From IMG/VR virus record IMGVR_UViG_3300021256_000066, positions 32,001 to 96,000 of that record: a DNA stretch of 64,000 nt; one strand, given 5' to 3'. The notes beneath the pieces are model-generated. The model did no database searches, had not been told where the DNA came from, and saw nothing but the letters and a program-made list of their open reading frames with translations. Position numbers and translations under genes: made by a program. This document shows, piece by piece, positions 10,605 through 20,488 of this stretch (position 1 is the stretch's first letter; each line of letters starts with the position of its first letter). This DNA is from a virus. Its lineage: Duplodnaviria > Caudoviricetes.

Positions 10605-11147
10605 ATGATTAATGTAATCAAGAAAAAGGGTGCAAACCCTATCACCAAGCAGGAGCTCCACTTTATCCAGTGGACGCGAGTATCAACCGTCTTAGAGACC
10701 GCACTCGCCAAGAAGATGGCACGCGGCGGCACCTACTCAGTCGGTGAAGCCTCGGGCGTCATGCTCGACTTCCCGCAGTTTATCATCGACGAGCTGCTCA
10801 ACGGCAACGCCGTGAAGGTCTCAGGACTGGGCACGTTCAAAATCAAGGTGAGCGGCAAGGCCGACCCCGATCCAGAGAAGGTCACGACACGTGGTGCCAA
10901 GGCCAGCGTGGTGTTTGAGGTAGATGCCGAACTCGCCTCACGCATTGAGAACGAGGCTGAGTTCAAGCTCGTCACCACCCCTACACCCGAAGGACAGAAA
11001 GACGCCGACAGCGCCGAGACTCCAACGGGCAATGAGGGCGAGGGTGCCGGTGGCAACACCCAGACTGACGACTCTTCGACAGGCTCAGAGACCGCGGGCG
11101 CGGATCCGCAGAATCCCGGTGATGGGGATGGGCTTGACCAGGATTAA
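10605..11147 (+). CDS. HU-family DNA-binding protein (Bacteroidetes type) with acidic tail
   Basis: IIDELLNGNAVKVSGLGTFKI HU signature; Gly/Asp-rich C-terminal tail. Confidence 0.85.
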   Translation: MINVIKKKGANPITKQELHFIQWTRVSTVLETALAKKMARGGTYSVGEASGVMLDFPQFIIDELLNGNAVKVSGLGTFKIKVSGKADPDPEKVTTRGAKASVVFEVDAELASRIENEAEFKLVTTPTPEGQKDADSAETPTGNEGEGAGGNTQTDDSSTGSETAGADPQNPGDGDGLDQD

Positions 11148-11151
11148 TACC

Positions 11152-11245
11152 TCAAGGCTAATGCAAGTCGAGAGCAATGCCAAATCGCATTTGAGCATTG
11201 CCGAGGCGCAGCCTAAGCTCGACGCGCAAGCGTCAAGGCTAATGC
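11152..11245. repeat. Palindromic repeat CGAGAGCA...TGCCGAG flanked by 13-bp direct repeat TCAAGGCTAATGC
   Basis: Direct repeats at 11152-11164 and 11233-11245; hairpin GCAATGC...GCATTGC. Confidence 0.65.
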
Positions 11246-11264
11246 CCGACAGGGCAACCTAATC

Positions 11265-11305
11265 AAGAGCCCCCGATGGAAGCGATATCCACCGGGGGCT
11301 CTTCT
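11265..11305. terminator. Bidirectional intrinsic terminator
   Basis: AAGAGCCCCCG-ATGGA...TCCAC-CGGGGGCTCTT hairpin between convergent genes. Confidence 0.75.
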
Positions 11306-11354
11306 TCATTAAATCGCCAAATCTAATGATTGGAAGGTAAGAGAGTTTATACTG

Positions 11355-11861
11355 TCAGTTGCTCGGCTGGAAGCCGTGCTCATAGTCCACGTCCATCCAC
11401 GCCACCTTCGGGAAATACTGCCCGATGTTGTCGCGGGTGATGATGATGGTGTCGCTCGGCGAGCGGTCCATGTAGTCGATGTAGATCTCACGAGGGAATG
11501 CCGTCAACTTCATCGGATAGATGAACGACCCCGACGCCCAGCGCCCGTACTTCTTGCCCGGCTCAAAGGGGCCTACCACGTGGAAGAAGTAGTTCTTCGT
11601 GTGCTTCACGTTCGCGTTCACCGCCCCCACGATGTCGGAGCACACCGCGTCGCCCACCTGATCGACACCGCTGTAGAGCACGTTTATCGACTTGATGGCC
11701 TTGTCGCCAGTTACCTTGAACTTAGTGTCCGTCATCTTCCGTCCCGGGCAGCAGCCGAATGGTCTGTCCTGCTTGAACACGAACTTCGAGAACACCACCT
11801 GTGCCTCTGCCGCCGTCGCCACCATCAGCGCCATTGCGGCCAATACCAATATCTTTCTCAT
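11355..11861 (-). CDS. Secreted hypothetical protein
   Basis: Signal peptide MRKILVLAAMALMVATAAEAQ. Confidence 0.75.
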   Translation of the reverse strand: MRKILVLAAMALMVATAAEAQVVFSKFVFKQDRPFGCCPGRKMTDTKFKVTGDKAIKSINVLYSGVDQVGDAVCSDIVGAVNANVKHTKNYFFHVVGPFEPGKKYGRWASGSFIYPMKLTAFPREIYIDYMDRSPSDTIIITRDNIGQYFPKVAWMDVDYEHGFQPSN

Positions 11862-11909
11862 ATCGCCAAAAAATTATAGGGTTAAACAATAGCCATACCT
11901 TTATATATA

Positions 11910-12332
11910 TTACTCCTCTGCAAAGAGCCTGATAGCCCTGCCGCACTGCGGACAGCGCACCAGCCCCACCAGCGTAGTGCCCTGCGGCTGCTGCTCCTGC
12001 GCTGGCTGCTTATCGAAGGGCAACTCTTCCTGCTCTGACTGCTGACCGTCGGTCTGAGCCGATGCCGCCTGCTGCTGCCCAGCCGATGCCGATTCAGCGG
12101 CAGGCTGCTGTGCGGACTGCGACGGCTTCTGGGCGGTCTTGCCCTCGTTCTCATACCAGTCGCCGAAGAACTCGGCGGGCGAACAGCCGATGACCAGAGC
12201 GATCTCGATAAGTTTCTTCACGTTGGGCGAGCCGTTGATGGTGGCGCTGAGCGAACCTTTGGTGATGCCGAGCGCGTTGGCCACATCCTCCAGCCTGAAT
12301 CCGTGCTTTTTGATAACTGCTAATATCTGCAT
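11910..12332 (-). CDS. XRE-family HTH regulator with C-terminal CxxC
   Basis: IKKHGFRLEDVANALGITKGSLSATINGSPNVKKLIEIA; C-terminal CPQCG; -7 box TAATTTTG on - strand at 12372-12379. Confidence 0.85.
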   Translation of the reverse strand: MQILAVIKKHGFRLEDVANALGITKGSLSATINGSPNVKKLIEIALVIGCSPAEFFGDWYENEGKTAQKPSQSAQQPAAESASAGQQQAASAQTDGQQSEQEELPFDKQPAQEQQPQGTTLVGLVRCPQCGRAIRLFAEE

Positions 12333-12780
12333 AGTTTTAATATTTTTACTCGTTTTGTTGTAATTCTGCTGCAAAATTACAACTTTTCTCCAAATATCCA
12401 AACCTTTTTCTCTAAAAAGTTTGGCTGTTTTAAGATTTTTAATACTTTTGGTTTGGAAGTTTGAAAATATACTCTTAACTTTGCCGTGTTAAACATTAAC
12501 ACTTGAATTGTTAAATATCAAATCTGCTTTAACTTAACATATTAACACATGAAATGTTAAATCGGAGGTCTAAACCCTGTTAAAACGTCGTTTTAGTTGC
12601 GTATCTTTAATTAATGTAGTCAGATTGGCAATTTTTGGTATACCAATGATAATTGCTAATTTGCTGATAATCATATAGTCCTGTTTCTGGCGGAAAACCC
12701 GAAGCCTTCCAAACAGACGCGAGACCGCCGCCACACTGCCGCGCCTCGCCGGCACCCCATTGTCTGGAATGGGGTGTAAT

Positions 12781-13216
12781 ATGCGGGTGAGGGTGCGCGG
12801 TGTGGTGATCATCTCACTTTGCGGTGTGGTGCGGGTTTCTCTCTGTGTGGGTTTCGGTGTGGTGTGGTGGTGGTGTGATCCTCTCACCTCATCAGAGAGT
12901 GAGAGAGTGAGAGAGAGAAACCCCAAACAGATTGCACCCTCATTTCTTTGTGTGTGTGTTCAGGTGGTGGTGTGTGTTCCGGTGGTGGTGTGGGTTTCTC
13001 TCTGTGTGGGTTTCGGTGTGGTGAGGGTGCAATCTGATTGCAGCCATACCACCACCACCAAACCACCACCACACCACACCACAAAATGAGGTGTGAGAGA
13101 TCACCACACCACCACACCACCAAATGAGAGAGAAAACGAAACCAAATACCACCAAAAGCAACAAACAGAGAGAAACCAAAACCCAATACCACCAGAAACC
13201 CAAACAGAGAGAAACC
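12781..13216. repeat. Low-complexity GT-rich / CA-rich region with direct and inverted repeats
   Basis: GGGTTTCTCTCTGTGTGGGTTTCGGTGTGGTG at about 12833 and 12992; ACAGAGAGAAACC (its reverse complement) twice at 13165-13216; CAGATTGCACCCTCA / TGAGGGTGCAATCTG inverted pair at 12928/13022. Confidence 0.85.
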
Positions 13217-13328
13217 GCAAAAAATCGGCACACCTTATTATATATATAGGGGCAAAAACGCAAAAGTTTGAATATTTTGTAACTTTTTCGGAAAAAGTTT
13301 GGTTATTTTGAAAAATTTTCGCTCAAAA

Positions 13329-13361
13329 GTTTGGAATATTCAAAACTTATTCTTACCTTTG
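13329..13361 (+). promoter_or_regulatory. Host sigma-type promoter driving the small-gene array
   Basis: TTTG (-33) at 13329 and TACCTTTG (-7) at 13354. Confidence 0.7.
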
Positions 13362-13391
13362 CAGCGTAAAATTAAAACTTTAAGCAAAATA

Positions 13392-13432
13392 TTAAAACCG
13401 AAACCCCAATGGCATATAATAGGGGATTAAGA
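13392..13432 (+). repeat. Leader hairpin motif A, copy 1 (others at about 14423, 15994, 16351, 16912, 17690, 20450)
   Basis: AACCGAAA-CCNC-AATG..ATAA..-GNGG-ATTA just before ATG; copies 1 and 2 are identical over 41 bp. Confidence 0.85.
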
Positions 13433-13434
13433 CA

Positions 13435-13851
13435 ATGACACATTTTAATTTTAATGGTACAGAGGTAAAAGTTAGTGCATCTTTCAAAGGTGAGGTTTCA
13501 AATGTTTGGGGTGATGGTATGCAGCATTTTAAGTTCATCATTACCATTACAGCCAATGACAAAAAAACATCTTTCACTTATTATGATTCATTTGCTAATT
13601 GGCAAAAGAACAAACAGAACTTAGATTCTGACGATCTCAAATCTGCATTGGACTGTTTTTTCTCTGATGCATCATGTTATGAGAGTGCAACAGATTTGGC
13701 GGATTTTCTTTGTGAGTTTGGGTACAATGAGGACACAGAATCTTTGCGCAAAGGTATGAAAGCGTTTGACGGATGCAAACGTCATTATCAAAGTGCGGTT
13801 AGAGTGTTCGGATCTGATTGGTACGACATCGCAAACGCTATTAATGAATAG
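13435..13851 (+). CDS. Small acidic hypothetical protein (array gene 1)
   Basis: 138 aa, preceded by motif A. Confidence 0.8.
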   Translation: MTHFNFNGTEVKVSASFKGEVSNVWGDGMQHFKFIITITANDKKTSFTYYDSFANWQKNKQNLDSDDLKSALDCFFSDASCYESATDLADFLCEFGYNEDTESLRKGMKAFDGCKRHYQSAVRVFGSDWYDIANAINE

Positions 13852-13920
13852 TTACTAATTAATCCCTATTACAGAGAATCAGATAAAAAGAGTACAGAAC
13901 CATATAAAAAACATTGAGTT

Positions 13921-14148
13921 ATGACTACAAAAGATAAATATTCGTATGAGGTGAGAAAACAGGTCAAAAATGGTGTGGATTTCTCAAAGAATGTATTTGA
14001 AACCCCTATTATATTACGCATTGATTTAGCAGAGATCGCACGAAAATACCATTATAAGAAAACTAATCCTAACCACTCTTTGGGTGTGTGTTTCTATCTG
14101 CTATTGCAAAGAGTATATAACCAGTTAAGAAATGAGGGTGCAATCTGA
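13921..14148 (+). CDS. Hypothetical protein
   Basis: 75 aa, co-oriented in array. Confidence 0.7.
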   Translation: MTTKDKYSYEVRKQVKNGVDFSKNVFETPIILRIDLAEIARKYHYKKTNPNHSLGVCFYLLLQRVYNQLRNEGAI

Positions 14149-14204
14149 TTGCACCCCATACAGAGAGAGAAAAAAGAGTTATAAACAATTTAATCCGGTA
14201 AGTT

Positions 14205-14345
14205 ATGAATAAGTTATTTTTAGTGATCCTTTGTGTTGGTGGTGTGGGTATGTCGCAAATCTACTCATATAGCCCTACACAGTTACTTTGTGATTTAGTG
14301 AGAAGTGGCGAGACCATAAGCAATGTAACAATAAAGAGCGCATAA
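14205..14345 (+). CDS. Small hydrophobic protein (46 aa, not in ORF track)
   Basis: MNKLFLVILCVGGVGMSQ..., preceded by ACAATTTAATCCGGTAAGTTATG, a variant of the array leader. Confidence 0.55.
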   Translation: MNKLFLVILCVGGVGMSQIYSYSPTQLLCDLVRSGETISNVTIKSA

Positions 14346-14465
14346 AATCGGATTAGGGGCAAATATTGAACTTTGTGCGGATCGTAACCGTGTACCCCTA
14401 CAATTATAGAGTAATAGACAATTTAAAACCGAAACCCCAATGGCATATAATAGGGGATTAAGAAC

Positions 14466-14744
14466 ATGAAATATAATACATTTTATTCCCACAAACTGAA
14501 ATGTGAGGTTAGGCAAATAAATGTAAGAACCGCAAAGAAACTCTTTGAGAATGGGAAAGGTATTTTCTTTCAATCCTCAAATATGACATTTGACAATGTA
14601 TGGCACACACCATTCTTTTTTAATGCAGAGTGCGCAAATGGTCAAAGTTTCGAAACTCTTTGTAACTCATACAGATATTATAATTGCGACAATTACAGAG
14701 GGAAATATATCAATTACTTTATGAGGGTTTCGGATTTCTCATAA
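14466..14744 (+). CDS. Hypothetical protein
   Basis: 92 aa, preceded by motif A. Confidence 0.75.
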   Translation: MKYNTFYSHKLKCEVRQINVRTAKKLFENGKGIFFQSSNMTFDNVWHTPFFFNAECANGQSFETLCNSYRYYNCDNYRGKYINYFMRVSDFS

Positions 14745-14799
14745 TACCCCATACCCCTACATTATAGGCAATTTATAGAATCCCTAAAATATTGCAGAT

Positions 14800-15063
14800 A
14801 TGAAAAAAATGGCATACATCAAAGTTAATGGTACGACATTTGGCTACATTTGGCAATGTACCAAAAACAAAGAGTATTTTGTTAATTGGTGTGGGTGTAA
14901 TGGTGGTGAGTTTGCGCAATGGTGCAAACAGATTGCAGAGATACCAAACGCAATAAACTCAATCTTTGGTGTGAGGGTTTCTTTAAAACCTTTGAAATGG
15001 TGTGCAAATTCTTTCGACCAGATTGCAGCAGATCACCCCACAATTATAGAGAATATTATCTAA
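14800..15063 (+). CDS. Hypothetical protein
   Basis: 87 aa, preceded by motif B (ACATTATAG..TTATAGAATC). Confidence 0.7.
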   Translation: MKKMAYIKVNGTTFGYIWQCTKNKEYFVNWCGCNGGEFAQWCKQIAEIPNAINSIFGVRVSLKPLKWCANSFDQIAADHPTIIENII

Positions 15064-15109
15064 TCCCTACATTATAGACATATTATAGAATCACTTAAAT
15101 ATTATAGAT

Positions 15110-15559
15110 ATGGCAAAGATTGATATTTCAAAAGAGAGTTTAGAGAGTTTTAGCCACAATAAAAATGTGTGTGGTATCTCTCAAAGTGAGGTGATCACAA
15201 AGAGAATGATTGCACCCATTGATGAGAAAAACGTTACATCCGATTGGATAGAGCAAATATTTGACGGATATAATTGTACCTATACAGAGGTAAAACGCAC
15301 ACACAAATATTGCGGTTTCGTTGGTGGTGAATTGGTGATGTGTTCTTACACCTTTGGCACAAATACCCTGCAATGGTGGATTGTTATACCCTCTTATGAT
15401 AGTGAAACCGCATACCATTACAATGAGAGATTGCAGAGAGTAAACTCTATCTTATTAGAGAGATTGCAAAAATTTGAGAATGATGAGAGTGATCTGTTTT
15501 CCTACATTGATAACAAAGGTTATTTGATTTATCAGGATTTCTATTTCAAAGGTGAGTAA
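15110..15559 (+). CDS. Hypothetical protein
   Basis: 149 aa, motif B leader. Confidence 0.75.
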   Translation: MAKIDISKESLESFSHNKNVCGISQSEVITKRMIAPIDEKNVTSDWIEQIFDGYNCTYTEVKRTHKYCGFVGGELVMCSYTFGTNTLQWWIVIPSYDSETAYHYNERLQRVNSILLERLQKFENDESDLFSYIDNKGYLIYQDFYFKGE

Positions 15560-15604
15560 TCCCACATTATAGGCATATTATAGAATCACTTAAAAATTAC
15601 AGAT

Positions 15605-15955
15605 ATGGCAAAGTTTACGATAGATTTAGACTATTTCGACATTAAGAGTAAATCTTTGGTTGGTGATATGTGTTTCTTCTTTGAAACCTCATTGGAAAAC
15701 TCTATTTGGTGTGAATCTGCAAAAGAGATGCAACAGAGTTTTGAGGATGGTTTCAATGGTGGTGATATTGGCAATGAGATCGAAAACCCAGAAATCCACA
15801 ATGTATGTGAGGTGGTAGATGAGTTTGGTATGATTGGGTATCCTAAAATCTCTAATATAGTTCTGCTGCAAAATCAGAGAGATTTAGAGAATCATATCCG
15901 GAAAATGGTTTCACAGAAATACCCACAATCGGAAATCAAAGTTTGGTATAAGTGA
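15605..15955 (+). CDS. Acidic hypothetical protein
   Basis: 116 aa, motif B leader. Confidence 0.75.
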   Translation: MAKFTIDLDYFDIKSKSLVGDMCFFFETSLENSIWCESAKEMQQSFEDGFNGGDIGNEIENPEIHNVCEVVDEFGMIGYPKISNIVLLQNQRDLENHIRKMVSQKYPQSEIKVWYK

Positions 15956-16033
15956 TACCCATTATAGAGAGTTTATAGAATCACAGATAAATTTAGAACC
16001 GAAACCCCAATGTGATAACAGGGGATTACGACA

Positions 16034-16303
16034 ATGAGTAAAACAGAGATTTTAAAGAATGCTTACAACCGCATAAAGAATGGCGAAACATTGGTATGTA
16101 ATGGGTGTGTAATGTGGAAATATTATGATCCGTTTGCAGGGCATAATGTAATAGAATGGCGCAATTTCGGACAAAGTGCAAACCGCATGAATTTCGACAA
16201 TTTCAAATGGATTGTAGAGGTGATCGCAAAGAGTATAGATTACATCTTTGAAACCCCACAAGAGTATGCACAAAGAAAGAACATACCATTGTATTTGGTT
16301 TAA
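16034..16303 (+). CDS. Hypothetical protein
   Basis: 89 aa, motifs B and A. Confidence 0.75.
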   Translation: MSKTEILKNAYNRIKNGETLVCNGCVMWKYYDPFAGHNVIEWRNFGQSANRMNFDNFKWIVEVIAKSIDYIFETPQEYAQRKNIPLYLV

Positions 16304-16389
16304 TATCTCTTTATAGGTATATAGAGAGTTTATAGAATCAGAGAATTATTAGAACCGAAACCACAATGTGATAATAGTGGATTACAAAG

Positions 16390-16851
16390 ATGGCAAAGAA
16401 TTTAGAGTTTATCAATGTATTAGAGGATTCTTACCCATTGTATGAGTATTGCAAAGAGAATGGTTTTACCGATTGTGAGGATTACGATGAGTGGTTTGAC
16501 AATGGTGGTGAGTTGAGTTTCTTTGAGGGTGATCCCGACATTATCAAAGTGAATGGTGAGATAGGTTATTTCTGCAAATGTGGTGATGTGGTTTTCTACT
16601 ACTTTGATGATTGTTTCACACATGATGCAGAACAGATACTCAAAGGTTTCTTTGCAGCATTCAATGTGGGTACTACCATTGGCGGTGAGAGTTGGATGAG
16701 TGGTGAGTTACCAAAGGGTGTGAGTGATGCAGCAGAGATACAGAATTGGGATGTGTGGGAAAAGATTAGATGCGGTATTGCATACAGAGGTGGTGCCGGA
16801 TATACCTACACTATACAGAGTTGGGGTAACTATTTGAGGTATGCAGCATAA
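16390..16851 (+). CDS. Acidic hypothetical protein
   Basis: 153 aa, motifs B and A. Confidence 0.75.
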   Translation: MAKNLEFINVLEDSYPLYEYCKENGFTDCEDYDEWFDNGGELSFFEGDPDIIKVNGEIGYFCKCGDVVFYYFDDCFTHDAEQILKGFFAAFNVGTTIGGESWMSGELPKGVSDAAEIQNWDVWEKIRCGIAYRGGAGYTYTIQSWGNYLRYAA

Positions 16852-16950
16852 CCCCATATTATAGACATTATAGGAAATCAGAGATATTACAGATAAACAA
16901 TTTAATTCATAAGAACCGAAACCACAATGTGATAATAGTGGATTACAGAG

Positions 16951-17637
16951 ATGAAGAACTATAAAGTAAAGTTATTCCATTTTGATGAGTTATCAGAGGA
17001 TGCAAAAGCAAAGGTGTGCGATAAGGAGAGAGAGAGTGATTATAACTTTGGCTATCTCTCACAAGAAACAGATGCAGAGGAAAGAATCGCCACATTGGAT
17101 AAGTTCTGTGAGGTATTTGGCATTAAGTATAATATAGATTACGATCATAATCACAGATTCATCGAATGGCATTTCCTGGATGTGGATATGAATGGGTATG
17201 ATTGGTGTGATGAGGATATAGAGGGTAAGTATCTGTTGAGATTTCTCAATCGCTACTACTTTGATATTCTCTCAAAGAAATACTACTCATGCAATCAGCA
17301 TTACGATGAGAATGGCAAATTCCATTACGCACACAGATATTCACGTTTTCAGTATGAGAGAGGTAATTGTCCTTTTACCGGAATGTGTTACGATTGCGAC
17401 ATATTGGATAAGATTTTTGAGTGGTATGACAAACCTAATTGGAAAATCTCTTTGCATGATCTCTTTGAGGATGTTTTCTCTCACTATATGAGTTTGTGGG
17501 AAAGTGAGGATGATTACCGCATGAGTGATGAACACATTTCCGACATGATTTCTGCTAATTGGGGTGATAAACTCTACTTTGAGGATGGTAGAGAGTTTAA
17601 CGGCAATGAGGATGATTTAGAACCGATTGCAGCATAA
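16951..17637 (+). CDS. Acidic phage protein of the FDELSEDAK type
   Basis: N-terminal KLFHFDELSEDAKAKV, CPFTGMCYDCDIL and C-terminal YFEDG resemble a widespread mobile-element family. Confidence 0.7.
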   Translation: MKNYKVKLFHFDELSEDAKAKVCDKERESDYNFGYLSQETDAEERIATLDKFCEVFGIKYNIDYDHNHRFIEWHFLDVDMNGYDWCDEDIEGKYLLRFLNRYYFDILSKKYYSCNQHYDENGKFHYAHRYSRFQYERGNCPFTGMCYDCDILDKIFEWYDKPNWKISLHDLFEDVFSHYMSLWESEDDYRMSDEHISDMISANWGDKLYFEDGREFNGNEDDLEPIAA

Positions 17638-17732
17638 TTATAGGGTAAGTGAGAAATTAAGCGATTACAAACGATTATAGATAGGAATTAGAACCGATCC
17701 CCGAATGTGTATATAAGAGTGGGTTTATAAAG

Positions 17733-18005
17733 ATGAAGAAAAACGATATTTACAGAGAGTTTCAAAGGATTGCAGCAGAGGTAGTGGGTGACAACCGCAA
17801 AGCTCAAAAGTATTATGTGATGCAGATGTGCGAACAGTTGGGTAAGGTGAACCACAAGAACCCATTTGTGATGTGGTGCAGCAGGAAAAGATGTATGGTG
17901 TATCAGAGTGGTATGGTAGAGAAACCTACACCAAAAAACTCACAGAATGGTGCATACTACCTTTTCCGCAATAACTCACAGAGTGCAGAGAGAGTATCTT
18001 TTTAA
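17733..18005 (+). CDS. Hypothetical protein
   Basis: 90 aa, diverged motif A. Confidence 0.7.
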   Translation: MKKNDIYREFQRIAAEVVGDNRKAQKYYVMQMCEQLGKVNHKNPFVMWCSRKRCMVYQSGMVEKPTPKNSQNGAYYLFRNNSQSAERVSF

Positions 18006-18063
18006 GTGAAGAGTGAATAGTGAAGAATTACATATTATAGAACCGGTAAAATATCACAGAATT

Positions 18064-18609
18064 ATGAACAATGATGTATATATGGTGGAATACAAAGGTA
18101 AGAAATTCCCCACAAGAGAGATTGAGATTGAACACTACATTAAGGGTATGGGTGTAGTAACTATTGCCGATTGGGAATTGTGGAAAACAATAGAGGATGA
18201 TTGCCGAAATGGGGATAGCAGAGCAACCGCAATCGACAATGGCATATTCTACTACTGCAATTCGGGAATGATAGCAAGCAATCCGTCTGATACAGAACTT
18301 ATCTACTCTGTATTGAGGGGTATGCACAATGAGGATGATTTTACGGATGAGTGGTGGTACAATCTAATGCGCAATGCAACCTTTGAGATTGCACAGATGC
18401 ACGAAAGAGGTGAGATCAACTGCAATGTAGAGGGTTATGAGTGTGGTGGTTATTATTCGGTGTATGGTTATAGTGATGGTGTGAATCACTCTCTTTATGA
18501 GGGTAAGAGTGCAAAGATGGCTGCAATGGCTGCAATGAGTGCAATCACCACCATCCGGCTGATGAACTATCCGTATTGGAGTATCACAGAGGGTGTAAGT
18601 ACATTATAG
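18064..18609 (+). CDS. Hypothetical protein
   Basis: ATG after AATATCACAGAATT leader. Confidence 0.7.
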   Translation: MNNDVYMVEYKGKKFPTREIEIEHYIKGMGVVTIADWELWKTIEDDCRNGDSRATAIDNGIFYYCNSGMIASNPSDTELIYSVLRGMHNEDDFTDEWWYNLMRNATFEIAQMHERGEINCNVEGYECGGYYSVYGYSDGVNHSLYEGKSAKMAAMAAMSAITTIRLMNYPYWSITEGVSTL

Positions 18610-18660
18610 AGTTTATAGGATATTAGAGATATTACAAACAATTTAATTCAGAATAAGATT

Positions 18661-19245
18661 ATGGCACAGAAATATTCGTTTAAGACAATGTGGATTGATG
18701 ATAAGGAAATGTTTTCAGTTTCATTGTTATGCAATGGTGAGGTGGTAGAAACTCACACATTCAAAGGACACCAGGATATGATGATGTGGATTTCGGACAC
18801 AATGGCAGGGTTGCAACTCTGTGGCGATGATTGGGAATTTGTATGCAAAGAGAGAACCTATATTGAGAAACCCAAAGACAATAACCTTGATGCGCTATTC
18901 AATAGTGTGGTGGAAAAGAGACAATCAGATTACGATAAGCGCAGAGCAGAGGGTAAGGCAAAGGAAAGAGAGTGGATGCAGAGAACACAAGAGTTTTTCG
19001 CAAAGATCGAGTTCTTAAATCAGTATGGTTTCGGTTTCCACATTTCAGAGGAAAAGGAAACTGGTTGCACCTCTTATCCCGATGAACATAGAATATATAT
19101 CCGTCCTTCAAAAACTCATGGGCGTATCAATGTAATGCCGAATGGTGACATACATTGCTCTTGCTATGTAGGCACTTACGACAAGACATTCAAGAGTGTA
19201 GAGGAATTTGTGAAAGCAATGGCAGAGTGTATCAGAATGAAGTAA
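18661..19245 (+). CDS. Hypothetical protein
   Basis: 194 aa, full motif B leader ending ACAATTTAATTCAGAATAAGATTATG. Confidence 0.75.
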   Translation: MAQKYSFKTMWIDDKEMFSVSLLCNGEVVETHTFKGHQDMMMWISDTMAGLQLCGDDWEFVCKERTYIEKPKDNNLDALFNSVVEKRQSDYDKRRAEGKAKEREWMQRTQEFFAKIEFLNQYGFGFHISEEKETGCTSYPDEHRIYIRPSKTHGRINVMPNGDIHCSCYVGTYDKTFKSVEEFVKAMAECIRMK

Positions 19246-19275
19246 CATTATATAACCGATTAAAATTCACAGACT

Positions 19276-19476
19276 ATGGCACAGAACAATATGCAATCAG
19301 ACGAGTTGGTAATCACTATCCGCATTACATTTGAGCATGACGGAAGAATGGGTGATCGGGATGAACGTAATGAGTATGTGGCTGCAAAGGTGATTGGCGA
19401 TGCGCTATCGCACACCCACACCATTGAGAACGGCATACAGATACACGACATCGAGAATTGTGGTGAGAATTGGTAA
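19276..19476 (+). CDS. Hypothetical protein
   Basis: 66 aa in array. Confidence 0.65.
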   Translation: MAQNNMQSDELVITIRITFEHDGRMGDRDERNEYVAAKVIGDALSHTHTIENGIQIHDIENCGENW

Positions 19477-19537
19477 CATTATAGACATTATAGGAAATCA
19501 GAGTAATTAACGAATTAAACAATAGGAGAATTAAGTT

Positions 19538-20410
19538 ATGGCAAAAGAGATTAGTGTTTGTAAGGTAGATATGGGTAGAAACATTGAAAAACCCACAAAG
19601 GTGAATAGGTTTAAGAATTTCTGTACCTACTGCAAAGTACCCACAATAGGTTGGGGCAAGCCATTCTATGCAATCATGCAGGGTAAGTTGAGGGCAGTAA
19701 AGTTCATTCGTATTGAATACTACACCTACAATACCTTTAACAACACAGATAGTTTGGAGTGTAAGTTTGCAGTAATCTATCTTGATGTGGCAGGAATTGG
19801 TGAGGTGAAAGTTTCAGCACACTATTGGTACGACATTCCATTCTCTATCTTTGAGAGTGTAGAGGATTTCAGAAACAATGTGGAGTACGATGTTAGTCAC
19901 GATGCAGGTGAGGTACACCTTTTAGATATGCTGCATGATGTTGCAAATGGTAGGCAGATGTTTAAGCATATTAGTGCAGGAGAGAATGATACCCTATTGC
20001 AGTTTGTGTGGGATGCAGCAAAGTGTGAGGTGAGAACCGCTTACACAGAGATACCCTCATGTATCAGTTACACAGAGAGAGAGGGTTTCTATACCAAAGA
20101 GAAATGGGTATTAGGCAATGGCAGATTTGCCACAAGAGAGGATTGTGAGAATGCCAACAATGTAGAGGTGGTGGAGTTTGAGGACGATCCTACTCACATT
20201 GAAAAGGATTTGCGCAAGCAGATTCGTACTGAAGTAATGCGTACCTTTGCTGATTGGCTAACTGCATCCGACATTGAGAATATGGCAGAGAGTATCATTG
20301 ATGATTGTGTTGAGGATGTTAAGGTATGCAGCGACTACCCACACTACAATGATGATGATGTGCGTATTGCCATTCAGAGGGTAATTCTTAACAGAGTGGT
20401 TGGTGAGTAA
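19538..20410 (+). CDS. Hypothetical protein
   Basis: 290 aa, motif B leader. Confidence 0.75.
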   Translation: MAKEISVCKVDMGRNIEKPTKVNRFKNFCTYCKVPTIGWGKPFYAIMQGKLRAVKFIRIEYYTYNTFNNTDSLECKFAVIYLDVAGIGEVKVSAHYWYDIPFSIFESVEDFRNNVEYDVSHDAGEVHLLDMLHDVANGRQMFKHISAGENDTLLQFVWDAAKCEVRTAYTEIPSCISYTEREGFYTKEKWVLGNGRFATREDCENANNVEVVEFEDDPTHIEKDLRKQIRTEVMRTFADWLTASDIENMAESIIDDCVEDVKVCSDYPHYNDDDVRIAIQRVILNRVVGE

Positions 20411-20488
20411 TCTTATTATAGAGTTTATAGGATATTAGAGATACAATTCAGAACCGAAACCGCAATGCGATAATGGCGGAGTAAGACA

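Noticed and set aside
12570-13311. ORFs in the low-complexity region
   Set aside because: Translations are repetitive (VVW, HHT) and arise from simple repeats.
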